Below the pieces are notes generated by a model that was not told the DNA's origin, ran no database searches, and was given only the letters and a program-made list of their open reading frames with translations. From assembly GCA_001179505.1 (NCBI GenBank), contig CDMY01000198.1, positions 62,001 through 126,000 of the forward strand: a DNA stretch of 64,000 bases. The letters run 5' to 3'. The translations under genes and the position numbers were made by a program. This DNA is from Vitrella brassicaformis CCMP3155. Lineage: Eukaryota; Protista; Chromerida. Positions 1 to 12,558 of the stretch are shown in pieces (position 1 is the first letter of the stretch; every line of letters starts with the position of its first letter).

Positions 1-52
1 ACGGCTCGTTCTCAATGTGCTGCGAAATTTGATTTGGGAGGGGGGGGGGGGG

Positions 53-351
53 NNNNNNNNNNNNNNNNNNNNNNNNNNNNNNNNNNNNNNNNNNNNNNNN
101 NNNNNNNNNNNNNNNNNNNNNNNNNNNNNNNNNNNNNNNNNNNNNNNNNNNNNNNNNNNNNNNNNNNNNNNNNNNNNNNNNNNNNNNNNNNNNNNNNNNN
201 NNNNNNNNNNNNNNNNNNNNNNNNNNNNNNNNNNNNNNNNNNNNNNNNNNNNNNNNNNNNNNNNNNNNNNNNNNNNNNNNNNNNNNNNNNNNNNNNNNNN
301 NNNNNNNNNNNNNNNNNNNNNNNNNNNNNNNNNNNNNNNNNNNNNNNNNNN
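53..351. other. Assembly gap (others at 6751-7050, 17917-18216, 22628-22927, 54549-54848, 63664-63963)
   Basis: Uniform ~300-N placeholders. Three are flanked by poly-G or poly-C runs. Confidence 0.98.
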
Positions 352-416
352 NGGGGGGGGGGGGGAGACATGACCCGAGCGGCGTGCTGAATGCCTCGGT
401 CTTGTCCGTTGCTTAC

Positions 417-1239
417 CGCCAGCAGGTGTGCTGTGGCGTCGTCGATGGTGTCGAGCTCAACAGTGCGAATCTCATTGATGTACCTGATATGGGGGAAAGG
501 GAGAGGAGCATGCAGGCACCGAAGGGACGGCAAAACCGCTGCCCGTCCTGATTTACTTGAGGCAGAATTGCTGCCGTGGCGTCAGCCCACCCTCGGCGGC
601 GCGACACCACTCCCGCAGAATGTCAGAAACCACCTCCTCTGACACAATGCAACACACGAACACACACACACACTGACATTTCTGCCGTCCGTCCATGTCT
701 CACCCACCAGCATAGACACACTTCTCCAGCGCACACGTCATGGGGCTCTTGACGACAGCCCCGCCCTTGAGGCCCTCCACACCCCCATAGCCCTCCTCCT
801 CACGCCAGATGGTCAGAAACGCCGTCAGGTCGCTCTCGTTGCGGGGATCGGGCAGCGAGTAGCACTGCTGGAAGCGGACCCACTCCTTCTGCTGCTTCTT
901 GGCCCGCTGCTGCTCCTCCAGGTGCTGCTGGCGGTCCCTGTCGGCCTCCATGACTCTGGGCGCCTCCTCCTCGAGACGCGCCGCTTCCTCTGCCCGCATC
1001 TTCTCGAGCATCTCCTGGCGGAGGCGCTCCTCCTGCATGCGACACACACATGCAGCGTATAGATGTGTGAGACCTTAAGGCCGTCGTGCATCTATCTATC
1101 TGTCACATTCACTGACCTCTTCCTTTCGCTTCTTGTCTTCCTCGGCTTTGATTCGGTCCTCTTCCTCCTTTTTCTTGCGCTCCTCCTCCTGCCGCCGCAT
1201 CTCCTCCTCAATGGCCTTCTTGCTGCGCTTCGGAGCCAT
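417..1239 (-). CDS. CASC1/IC97 (DNAI7)-like axonemal dynein intermediate chain, 5' part (continues into the gap)
   Basis: GT-AG exons 1239-1117, 1032-704, 638-557, 483-417. Lys/Glu-rich coiled coil followed by EWVRFQQCYSLPDPRNESDLTAFLTIWREE, resembling the Casc1 N-terminal motif (recalled, not searched). Confidence 0.6.
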
Positions 1240-1825
1240 CTTGCATGGCCGCTCTCCGCAGAGACAGCGAGCTCGGTGGGGGTCCGAGGGGGCCTGTCCA
1301 GAGCGAGCTTCTGACAGACCGAGAAAGTGCTGACGAATCGCTATCGGTGTTTCAGCTTCGATTTGGCTGCATTCAGAAGGCGGCGGTCCGCACGCGAAGG
1401 GTTAGGGCCGCAGTTCCTCTCAAACACGACGTCAAAGGAATCGAATCGGGGTGGACGTCTTGGAGGGAGTTTTAAGCTGTTTTGGGTAGCTGGGCGCGTC
1501 CAGGGCGATATCTGAGTGTGTATGGCCCATTTCGAGAACTTTTCTCGCAGTGTTGGTTGGTGGCCTGTCGGCGCTGGACATCCCACCCTGACAAGGGAGG
1601 CTGCAGCAGCTGCTGATCTTGCGGGGATCTCGGCTGAGCGTCCCCTGTGATCGCCAGAAGGCGCCCTTCTTGTGTTTCAAGAGGCGCTGCATCCATCTCG
1701 AGTCGCTGGTGTGGAGGTCCCCTCTCTCTGCGGAGCCAAGGCGCTTACGGACGGCCTTTTAGTGGGCGTGTTGGTTTCATATTGGTGACCCCCGTGGCGC
1801 CCCGTGGCGTGTCTCTGGGATCAAG

Positions 1826-4800
1826 ATGGACAGCGACGAGGCTCTGTTTCAGCCTCTAGCCAGGCCGGGGCATGTGGGAGACATCGACTACGACAAGGAC
1901 TGCCAGATCTGCTTCGAGCCCTTCATCTCGGGGCACTTCTTCGACATCCGGCACCCGACCCGCGTCAAGATCGAGACGCTCTGCTGCCGCCAGTCCATCT
2001 GTGGCGTCTGTGTGGCCGATTTAAAGAAGTCTAGGGGGGCCTGTCCATTTTGTCGCAAGGGACAGAAGAAGTCGAGCTCGTCCCGGCAGCAGGGCGCCGA
2101 CGGGACGACAGGGGCAGCTGACGATGACGCGGCGCCGGCCAACCAGACACCCACTGCTGCAGCCGACGGAGCCCTCCCCGCTGCTGCTGCAGCAGCGGTG
2201 GCAGCTGTCGCACCCACACCCCCCCTCCCCGCCCAACCCTCCCCCGCATCCTCATCAGGCCTCCTGAGCCAGCCGGGTATGAACGCGCCGATTGGCGGCT
2301 ACGCGCCCGTCGCCACGTACGCGAGCGCACTGGCAAACGGGCTGAACGGATTGGGGTCATCTGCGGCAGCGCCGGCTCCACCACCGTCGGGGATTGGGAG
2401 TGGTATTGGGGGTGGCAATGGTGGCGGGTTGCTGGATGACAATGCGGCGTTGCGGGCGTACATCTTCCAGGTGACTGAGCAGGAGGGCAGACAGATGGAG
2501 ACCACCATCCCGGCTGCCATCGCCCAGCGCGTCAGCGAGATGTCGGGCTTCGGCCCTTACGCGCCGACATCGGAACCAAGCGCCCCCAGCGCACCATCAC
2601 CCGCACCTACACCTGCAGCGGCCGCAGCGGCCGCGTCGTCGTCCGTGGATGCGTTGTTCCGGCCGTCCAGCAGCCCCTATGGCCGAGTCGACCTGGAGAG
2701 CTCCCCTCTGCAGTCGTCCCCCGAGGATTCCCGCCGCGACTGGCTGCTCGGAGGGGGCACCGCTATGACGACCGTGCCGTCGGCTTCGCCCGGCTCGTCG
2801 TCGACGTCGAGTGCGCTGCCGGGGGTGGCGTCGTCGTTTATGCCATCGCCATCCGCCATGGCGGCGGGTTCTGCAGCCGGGGGGGAAATTGGGGTCGGGG
2901 GTGTGGTGCAGCGGATGATGCAGCAGTGGGGGCTGAGCGAGGCCGACCTGGAGCAATACTTGTCGATTGGCATGCAGACAGTCATGTCCAACCAACAGCA
3001 GCAGGCAGCCGCCGCCCCTTCCCAGGCAATGCCGCCCGGCCTCCAGGCCTTCCTCGACATAGCTCAACCATCATCACATGGTCATGACCATGGCCATGGC
3101 CAGCAGGAGCCCTCAAGGAGCTCATCAGACCCGCCCTTCTTCGACACCATCGGCCACCCGCATCAGGGAGTTGATCTGGGCCACCACTCGTCTGATGCAT
3201 TGCTTGGTGGGGATGTTGGCGAGTATGGGGGCGGGGCTGCGGCCGCTGCAGCTGCAGCTGCTGCGTCATCTGCGTCAGGTTACGGCGGTCTGCACAACGG
3301 TTATGGTGGTGGGTGGGATGGGGGGCTGGAGGGTGACGATGAGGAGGAGTTTGACGAGTCCCAGATACCCGAGCCGCCACCCATATTCGAGGTGACCAAC
3401 AGACAAAAGACAATCACTCACTCACAGCACAGCACAGGTTCTCATTATCACTTCTGTGTCTGTGTGTCTGTTGGTGTCTTTCAGGATGATGAATTCCAGA
3501 GCACACAGCCACCCGAGTCTGTGCCAGGACCATCGACAGTCTCTGCACCCCTCCCTCCCACACTCCCCATCCCCGCCAAGCCGGCCGACCCCGTCCCCAC
3601 CTCCACCCCACCCATCGCCATCGCCGCATCAGCGTCAGGCGCGTCATCTTCCGACTCCCTCAAACAGCCCAAAGACACATCATTCCCGCCGCCCCGCATC
3701 CTCACCCCCCCATCGGTGGCCGTCGGCAGCCGAGCCAATTGGGGGTCTCCGCACGAGCCCTCCACCACAGTATCCGCCAAGACTGCTGACCGGCCGGCCG
3801 CCAGTGCTGGCGGCAAGCCGACGATCATCGGCCGAGGAGTGGGCGAGAGTGGCAAGAAGGGCAAGGGGCAGCAAGGGGGGCAGCAGGGCGGCGGTGCCAA
3901 GGACAAGGGCGCTGTCGAGGAGAAGGAGAAGGAGAAATCCAAGGAGAAGGACAAGGATGGCAAGAAGGCGGTGAAGCGGTCGGCCAGCGACGTCATCCCC
4001 GAAAAGAAGAAGCCGCAGCAGCCAGATGAGAAGAAGAGTGTGCTCGAGAAGCCCACTATTCCCGAGAGGCGGCCCAAGAAGGAGCCCGCGCGCCCCAAGA
4101 CCACCCTGTCCGACTTGCGCAACGACCCCATGCGCAACACCTTCGCCCACATCGCCGAGTCGGACACCGAGTCAGAGCAGGAGCAGGATGACACCAGCAA
4201 GGAGGAGGAGGCCACCCCCGAGCCCGCCGTCGCCGAGACCGCCCCCGAGGCGGCGGCCACCGGCAAGAAAAAGAAGAAAGACAAGAAGAAGCAAAAGGAC
4301 AAGGCGGCGAGCGAGACTCTGCCGTCCGAGGACCCCGCTGCTGTCCCGGCCAAGACGTCGTCATCCCCTGCCCTGACCCTCGAGCCCATCGCAGAGGAGG
4401 GCAAGGACGCCAGGAAGGGCAAGAAGAAGCCGCCTACGCCCACAGCCAACGGCACCGCCACGGACAAGACCGGCAGGGGCGCCACGGGGGTGTCGAGCAC
4501 GGCTGCGAGCACACCCAACGGCACCGATGCGACGGCGGGCGGGGGGCTACGTGATGGAGAGGGCGGGGGAGGGAGTGGTGATGTGGCGGCGTCGCGGATG
4601 GATAGCTCTGCGTTCAAGACGCTGTGTGTCAGGGCCGCCGAGACCAAGAAGAGGGGCGACGGCTTCTGGCAGATCAACAGCATCCGGTAGGCAGGGCAGG
4701 CACGACAAAATGACCCACCACAGACCAATCGACACATTCACGCATCTATGTGTGGTCTCTTGTCTGTCACGGTGTGTGGTGTGTGTCAGCGATGCGGTGG

Positions 4801-5625
4801 CCAAGTGGGAGGCGGCGCTGAAGCTGCTGGAGTCCCTGCCGTGCGCGTCGCTTCCGCCCCCCAAGGACACTGACGAGCTGGCCAAGGCGGCGGCTGCACC
4901 GATCAACGGCGTGGTCGACCTCACAGCGTTCAACAAGACCGTCTCAGACCTGGTGGGCAGGAGACAGACAGACCGACCGACAGACAGTGAGATATTCGGA
5001 CCCGATCGATGAATGGAATGCGTGTGTGTGTGTCTCATATATGCAGTTCATTGCGTGCAACTCCAACTGCGCCGAGGGCTACAACCGCCTCAAGGTATGT
5101 ACGTAAGGGCACCCACCCACCAGCACACACAGCAATGCATGCATCAAGGGGAACTCGTGTCTGTGTGTTTAGGATTGGAAGCGTGCCGAGGAGAAGTCGA
5201 GCGTCGTGTTGGGTGTGGTGGACGACAACATCAAGGCGCTCTTCAGGCGGGCCGTGGCGCGCGAGCAGCTCGGCAACGACTACTTCGGCGGGAGAGACGA
5301 CATCGAAAAGGCCATAGGTACGGGCGTCTCGCACACCGACCGACATACTTACGCGCCATGTGTTCTGTGTGTGTGTGTGTGTGATATCGTCCAAAGCGAT
5401 GTGGGAGGAGAAGGGCGTCGACACGGAGCAGAAGCGGGAGGCCATCGACCTGCGATCGCGACTAGACATTCAGTGCGAGGTGGGGGATACCGAACAGACA
5501 ACACACAACACACATACACACACACATCTGTGAAATCGTTGCGTGTGGTGTTTGGTCAGTTGTGTGGCGGCGGCAAGGGCGGCAAGTCTGCTGACAAGGG
5601 CCCCAAGGCCAGCCGCAAGAAGTGA
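1826..5625 (+). CDS. N-terminal RING finger, long low-complexity linker and C-terminal TPR domain protein
   Basis: CQIC...CCRQSICGVC...CPFC at the N-terminus. Spliced C-terminal exons give AETKKRGDGFW...DAVAKWEAAL, NCAEGYNRLKDWKRAEE and NIKALFRRAVAREQLG (TPR helices). Stop TGA at 5623-5625. Confidence 0.75.
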
Positions 5626-6211
5626 CCTCAACTGCGACGGCCACACGGGCCACCGACAGGTCAGCAATACGACACTCCCACTCACCAGCTCAGCACGCAC
5701 AGCCGACGGGAACTTTCTGTCTCTCTGGTGCTGTCCCTCCTGTGTGATGTGTTGTATTGTGTTGTGTGCAGCATTGCTAGGTTCTAACCGTAGTGGGGTG
5801 AGGGGGAGGGGGAGGGAGGGAGAGGCTTGGGCTGACTTGCTCCTTCGCTGATTGATTGGTGCCATCATCACGCATTCACCGGTTTGCCATCCATCCATCC
5901 ATCCATTGTTGTGCTCGCGTGTTTGGAGGGCTCGCCCGGGTGGCCGGGGGAACCCAAGGGATGGGCGCACTGGATGCCGGTCATTGCTGGGGGCGCTTTG
6001 GGGGTGTGTAATGTGTGTGTGGATACGGGCTTGCTTGTCTGGCTGCGGACAGTTCACTCACCATGGACTGTTGCATTATTGAGTGACACAGCCATGCAGA
6101 CGATGTGTGTGTGTGGACCCGTTTACTGCTTAATCACTGACTGACTGAATGAGCAGGCGTGTGTGTGTCCAGGTTGTTGCTTGCTGATCCACTCACTGCG
6201 TGGCGGCATTA

Positions 6212-6246
<35 letters not shown>

Positions 6247-7360
6247 GGAGGGAGAGCAGAGAGAGCACGGCGCTTGGGGACAAAAGGGGTCTCTGTTTTG
6301 AGTGCATAATCGGCTGAAGAGAATTGCGGCTCTCTTTCTGTTTTGCGATTTGGTGTTGCCGCCGCTTGCTTCGGTGCTCGCGTGTTTGTGGAGGGGTATC
6401 GCCTCATCTGCTGTCTTCTCATTCAGTCCCCACTTGGGCTGGATTGAATGAGAAGACCGAGGAAGGGGCAGAACCCAGCACCAGAAACAATCAGGGGTTC
6501 TTCGTGGATAAGGGAAGGACAGGGAGAGATGGATGGCTCAGCAGGTCGATTCATTGGCCGATTGGTTAATCTACGTGGACGATCTCGCTGCGACTGAGTG
6601 TCCTGTTCATCCCGCTGAATGGTCTGAATCTACTTGTGGAGAGAGGGGAGGGGGAGTGTATGTGGTTAATCCGTTTCTCGTGCCTAAGGGGCACTGGGGG
6701 TTGCTGTGTGTGCTGCGTGTGTCGTGCCGCTTGTCGGGTGTGTAGTGGGTNNNNNNNNNNNNNNNNNNNNNNNNNNNNNNNNNNNNNNNNNNNNNNNNNN
6801 NNNNNNNNNNNNNNNNNNNNNNNNNNNNNNNNNNNNNNNNNNNNNNNNNNNNNNNNNNNNNNNNNNNNNNNNNNNNNNNNNNNNNNNNNNNNNNNNNNNN
6901 NNNNNNNNNNNNNNNNNNNNNNNNNNNNNNNNNNNNNNNNNNNNNNNNNNNNNNNNNNNNNNNNNNNNNNNNNNNNNNNNNNNNNNNNNNNNNNNNNNNN
7001 NNNNNNNNNNNNNNNNNNNNNNNNNNNNNNNNNNNNNNNNNNNNNNNNNNGGGTCAGCTGACTGAAGGACTTGTTATGCATTCGCCGTTTTACGAGCGGC
7101 CTCACGTCAACCGATGGCATGCATTGGGTCTATAGGCCACCGAACCGTTGCTGTCGCGACAGCAACCAACCGGTCAATCAATCAATTACATACCTCCATC
7201 CGTCCGTGTCATCACACCACCGACGTGCACGCACAGGCAGAAGCAATCGATACATATAAACACCACCCGCCCCACCCTCAGCAAGTCCCTCCCTCTACAC
7301 ACATGATGGTGCGCAGCGCACTGCAGTCACTGCACAAACAGCCGGGCTGCCCTGGCTGGC

Positions 7361-10300
7361 CTATGGCGAGTCCTCGTCGGCATCCTCGTCCTCATCTTTC
7401 TCTGGTGGTGGCCTGGTGCAGCTGCAGAGGCCCCGCCGTTGCTTGGGCGGCTGCTGCTTGTTCTTTTTGTCCTGTTTCTTCTTCCGCCGACGCTCCTGCT
7501 CCTCGCGACGCTCCCTCTCTCGGTCCTCAGCCTGCACCAAGGAGATGGGATGCTTTGGTTTGGTGTGGTGTGGTGTGGTGTGTTGTATTCTGTTGTCCGC
7601 GGGTGGTTTGGTGGATAGGCACCTGTTTTTGCATTTCTTGTCGCATCATTTCAACCTGCTGCGCGAGCACCTGCACTGTCGCCTCGGTCTGCTGCCGCTC
7701 CTGACTGCACTCATTTACCACAGGGAACCATACCCAGAGAGGAGGGGGTCGTTGTCCATGCCACACGTGGATGGATGTGTGGGTGTGATTCGGGGCTTCA
7801 CTTACGCTTGTGCCTCGATCTTCTGCTGCAGCTCCGCCTCAACCCGTTCCTTCTCTTGTGTCTGTTTCTCGAGCTGCTGGATGTACTCATCCACCTTGCC
7901 CTGCCTCTCGGCCGCCGCCGTCTCGGCCTCCCTCAGCCTCTCCTGCTGACGACGGTAGTCCGCGTCAGCTGCCGCACGCGCCTCTGCCTCGGCACGCTCT
8001 CGCTGATCATAGCCCACACACACACACATACACATACATGCCGCAAGGTGGTTGCGATGCACGTCTGCGGGCATACCTACCTCTTTTTGCAGAATTTCCT
8101 CTCTCTCCTTCTCCCGCTGCGCGTCCTCCAGGCACCGCTGAGCCCCCCTGACGACCCGCTCGAGGTACTCGCGCAGGGCCTCGTCCAACACCTGCTGGGG
8201 TCCCTTGGCAATGCCCGCATACCTGAGGACGGCGCAAGACAACGACAACAACGGCAAATGGATGAGTGGATGAGTGGATGGATGGATGGACGGATGGCAC
8301 TCGGTGGATGGGAGGGGTTACTTACCTTCTCTTGGCTTCGTCGATTTGGTGCGATAGGTCCTCCATGGACGAGAACTGCTTGCTACTGACGGTCTGCCAC
8401 ACCTGCTGGAAACTCGCCTCAAGCCACTCATGCACCTGACGACGCGCACCGTCCTGACCACACAAACACACGCGAATGATGTGTGTCATCACCTAGATCG
8501 CGGTGCATCGTCACCTCGTTAGCGGCGTTGGTCCGCCTGAGAGCGTGCTGAATGGTCTGGTCCAGCTCATTGGCGTAGGAGGCCACCACATGGTCCTCGC
8601 CCAGCGCGTCACGCTTGAAGGTCTCCTGCACCTCGGCCCTCAGACGCGACACGATGGCCTCGATCTCGCTCTCGGGCATCGGCGTGCGGCCCTGCACAGC
8701 CTCATCCAGTCGCTGCACAAACTGCTGGCCCAGACGCTCACACAACTTGGAACACTCCTGGTGGCAAGGCAAGGGACACAGCAGTGGGTGGTGTGTTTGT
8801 GTGTCTTTTGTGTTGCGTACGTCGTGTTGGATGGCGTTCCAGGTAGAGACGACGGGGGGGATGCCGCCGGCGTTGATGGCCTCTACGTAGGCCTTCAGCA
8901 GGCGCGCAAACGACTTGCCTGACCACACACGGAGACACAAGTGCGGTTGCCGTATGTGTGTCGGTACCATTGAGGGGCAGCCCCTGGACGGCCTTCTTGT
9001 GCGTCTCGGTGAACACCTTCTGCCGAATCGCCGTCACCTGCTGACGAAACTGGCACACACATGGATGGACACATAGACACACTCGATGAATGGGCGGATG
9101 GGTGGCTGGCCCGATGACGTGTGGTCAGTGACGAGGTACCTCAGGTCTGAGTTGGGAGAACGGGATCTTGTGCAGGTTCTGCAGCTGGTCTTCCTCTATC
9201 AGCGGCTGCACCAGCGTCATGCAGTCGCGCTCACGGAAAAAGTCAACCAGACACTCACGGACCTTCCTGCACACACAATGACATCACACGCTGCCCGATG
9301 CATCTCTCCTACCCCCTCTGTGTCGTCACCCTCACCGTGTGTCTTCTCGTTTGAACGCGGCGAATGTCTTGTCAGCGAGTGCCATTTCTAGGTACTGAGT
9401 GGCGCTGATGGGGTTGTCCTGCTGGTCGCGCAGCTCGAGGATGAAGTCGCGGAGGACCCATAGGAAGATGGGAGGCGTCCACATGGGCCCGCCGCCACCC
9501 AGCCCCGCCCCGCCCTTGTCGCCCATCTGCTTGCGAAGGTGCTGCACCAGCTGAGTTATCTGGCAGAGAGCAGAAAGGGAAATCGGTGCTGATGGGTGTG
9601 GTTGTCTTCTGACCATTGAGAGCCCCTGGATGGCCTGTTCGTCGATGATGCCCTTGCTGTTGTAGATGAAGTAGGTCGACACCAACACAGCCTTCACGCA
9701 GAAAGGACGATCAGAGAGCTGCATGTATAGTGTGCTGACGTTGGTTGCTGGCTCACCAGTGAGAAGAGCCTCGCGTCGTGCTGCTTGTCCTTCCGAGTGT
9801 CGCTGAAGGAACAATACCCACATTCATCCATCCATCCACTAATCTGTTCTCCATGCAGATTCTGGCTGTCTGCAGTGTAGTGTGTGTGTGTGTGTGGTGG
9901 TCATTTACCCGGTGCCCTCGCAGTCGAGTAGTATGTATACGCAGTCCTCATCCTCCAAGGCACCCCACATCCATATTCCCTGCACACCACACGTACAGCG
10001 GCATTCCATTCTGGTGGCGCATCCATGATGTTTTGATTGTGTTGTGGTGCCATTGGGTGGGCTCACGTACGTCGGTGCAGGCGTGGACGGTGTCGCCAAC
10101 TCTGAAGGCACTCCCGCTCTCACCCACACTGACACACACACACAGGCAGCTGGGTCTGACTGTCCCTTGTTTGGTCGATATATCGTCTTCAGTTCACTCA
10201 CGTGTCCATGAAGAGGTTGAGCAGGTAGCTCTTGCCCGTCCTATAGAGGCCGCACACACTGATGATGCCAACCTTCTTGCCCCCCAATCCCTCCAAATGA

Positions 10301-10913
10301 CGCAGCGCCTCCTCCCCTATAATACAGCCCACACCGCGCACACAAGTGGCAAGCTCCACCTCGTGTGTATCTTCGTTGTCGCCCTCTCAGACGTACGTAC
10401 CGATTTCGAAGACCTCCTTGCTCCCCCGCTTCACCACGTCAATCAGCCGGAGAGGCTGCCTTTGCTGATCCAACCAGATAGACAGACAGACACCAAGATG
10501 GTTGGTTCGGTTCTAGTGCTGTGCGGCTTACCGTCTTGGTGTTCTTCGGCGGCCGCCATGAGCTACCTCCGCGCTGAGGAATGGACACACTGACCGCACC
10601 ACTGGCACCACTATATGCAGCACCTGCACACACACACACACACAACAGTGCATCCCGTCACGTCAAGCAAGCTTGACTGACTGGCTGCCCCTCTTCCCTT
10701 TTTCTCACCTCCAGAATATGCAGCTTGTGTGTATGGGCTCGCAGTGGTCTGTGTGTTGGCAGTAGCACCATAGGCATACCCTCCCGTCGTCGTGCGTGAG
10801 TATGCTTGCGGCATCTGCGATGGCGGGTCGAGTGTGGTTCTGGTGGCCACGGGGGCGGCCTCTGACGCCCCGAATCCCCATCCCCTGAACCAGCTGGAGG
10901 GGCTGAACGCCAT
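7361..10913 (-). CDS. Guanylate-binding protein (GBP/atlastin, GB1/RHD3 family) large GTPase
   Basis: Multi-exon. P-loop CGLYRTGKSYLLN, G2 region RVGDTVHACT, GIWMWG, G3 LLDCEG, STYFIYNSKGIIDEQAI, PIFLWVLRDFILEL, then a helical/coiled-coil C-terminus. Stop TAG at 7363-7361. Confidence 0.9.
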
Positions 10914-11278
10914 CGGGTCACTCAGCCCTCACGGAAATGGAACAGCAGCATCGCCTGGGGCACGAGCTTCAAGGGAGATCAAGGTCACTGTCTGCCAGTG
11001 GTTTCTTGTTGTTATGCTGAGAACGTAACCAAACACGTTTCTCTATGCGCAGCTTCGTCGCCTTTCCCTTTTTCGCTTGAAAGCTCGCTGCGAGCTGTCC
11101 ATGATCGCGGCAGGAAAAGGCGAGAAAGAGGCGGAGAGGCGGTCGCTGAGTTGAGGCGGCACACACAAGAGCCGTATCAGCTTGCAAGAGCCGGCAGATA
11201 ATCATAAGAATTGGGTCGACATCCCTTCGTCGGTTCGTCGGCACACGTCGAGGGCTGTTCGCCTCGAGGACTTCTCCT

Positions 11279-12124
11279 GTGGCTGACCAGGCCATCGAGG
11301 AGAAGTCCCTGCCGCCACTTGCAGCAGCGGCCCTGTTGGCGGTCCCTCTCGTCTCTTCCACTGCCCTCGGCACGTGCTGCAGCAAGATGGCCTTCACGGC
11401 AAAGCGGCTGGGCATCACGGTGTTCAATCCACAGTTCCCGCCCACCATCAACGTGCAGGGTATCATCCCCTGTTCGAAGATCCGCGAGGACAAGGGGCTG
11501 GTCGGCTTCACCAAGCAGCCCGCCAAGACGACCATCCGTGACCCGCCTCAATTCTCCAAGAGCGTGAAGCTGCAGCTGGCTGACGGTGGTGAGGGGGGGC
11601 GGCAGCGATGCCGGCGTCGACACGGCAGAGGCGCAGCTGTATGAGCACATCAAGGACAACGAGGGTGACATGGAGCTCAATCTCACATACGCCAACCAGC
11701 CCATCGGGTAAGATATGCTCAGCCTCACACAAGCATACACGTGCCCATTGTGTGTGTGGCTGTGTGTGGCTGAATGGGGTGCCTTCCGTTCAGGCTGGTG
11801 GCTCGTTCTGGCAGTCCCCAGCTGTTTGACCTCGCCATCAACAAGGACGACCTGTTCGTGACCGACGGCATCATCAGCCGCTCGCCCGACTTCGCCATCT
11901 GGGTGGGGGTGAATGTGGCAGAGTTGGTGGTCGAGTCGGTGTCGGAGGGCACCTTCCAGCAGCATCCCGGCCAGGCGGTGTGGACCATGCCGTACAGCAG
12001 CATCAAGGGCCAGGTGGTGTCGTTCTGCTTCCGCAAGGTCGAGCGGCAGGGGGGCGTCAATGGCCCGACTGCTGCTTTCCCTGCTGTGGCGGCGAATGAG
12101 CCCACGCTGTTGCCGGATGATTGA
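11279..12124 (+). CDS. PhIL1-like (alveolate pellicle/IMC protein), 3 exons
   Basis: KRLGITVFNPQFP, LNLTYANQPIG and IWVGVNVAELVVESVSEGTFQQHPGQAVWTMP resemble apicomplexan PhIL1 motifs as I recall them. The coding structure is clear; the family name is less certain. Confidence 0.55.
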
Positions 12125-12558
12125 TGGTGCGGCTGTGTGTTTTGACGTGTGATGTGATTGGCTGGGTGTGCGCTTCTTGTGTTTTTTGTCGTGTGTGGCT
12201 GGCTGCTGTCTTTTCCTTGCCTTACTCGGGGTGCGTGTGGAGGGGGAGGGGGAGGGGGGCTGCGTCCATGTACACCCTGTGGACGCAGCCCGACGTATGG
12301 TGATCGTATGTATGTATCCCTTTATACGTATGTACACACGTAGCTGGCATTGGTTGTGAGGGGCATGCGTGTCTGAAGCTGCCACAGTGGTGTATGTGCA
12401 CATGCCTCCTGACTCTTTTGCCTTGTGCGTACTCTCCATCTTGTCATGGTGCATGTCTGCAATGAATGCAATGAATCCCACCTGCATCTGGGGGTAGCTG
12501 GGGGCCCAATTGTGGGGGCCAATATCTGAGACGCTTCCGCAAGATCTGTGTGAAAAAC

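Noticed and set aside
3481-4737. 418-aa minus-strand ORF (and similar ones at 11177-12487, 35144-36574, 51932-52834, 62766-63224)
   Set aside because: Antisense shadows of GC-rich coding sequence on the opposite strand, with no independent motifs.
5626-7360. Short ORFs and splice-like signals between the RING-TPR and GBP genes
   Set aside because: No consistent exon chain or recognisable protein, and interrupted by a gap.
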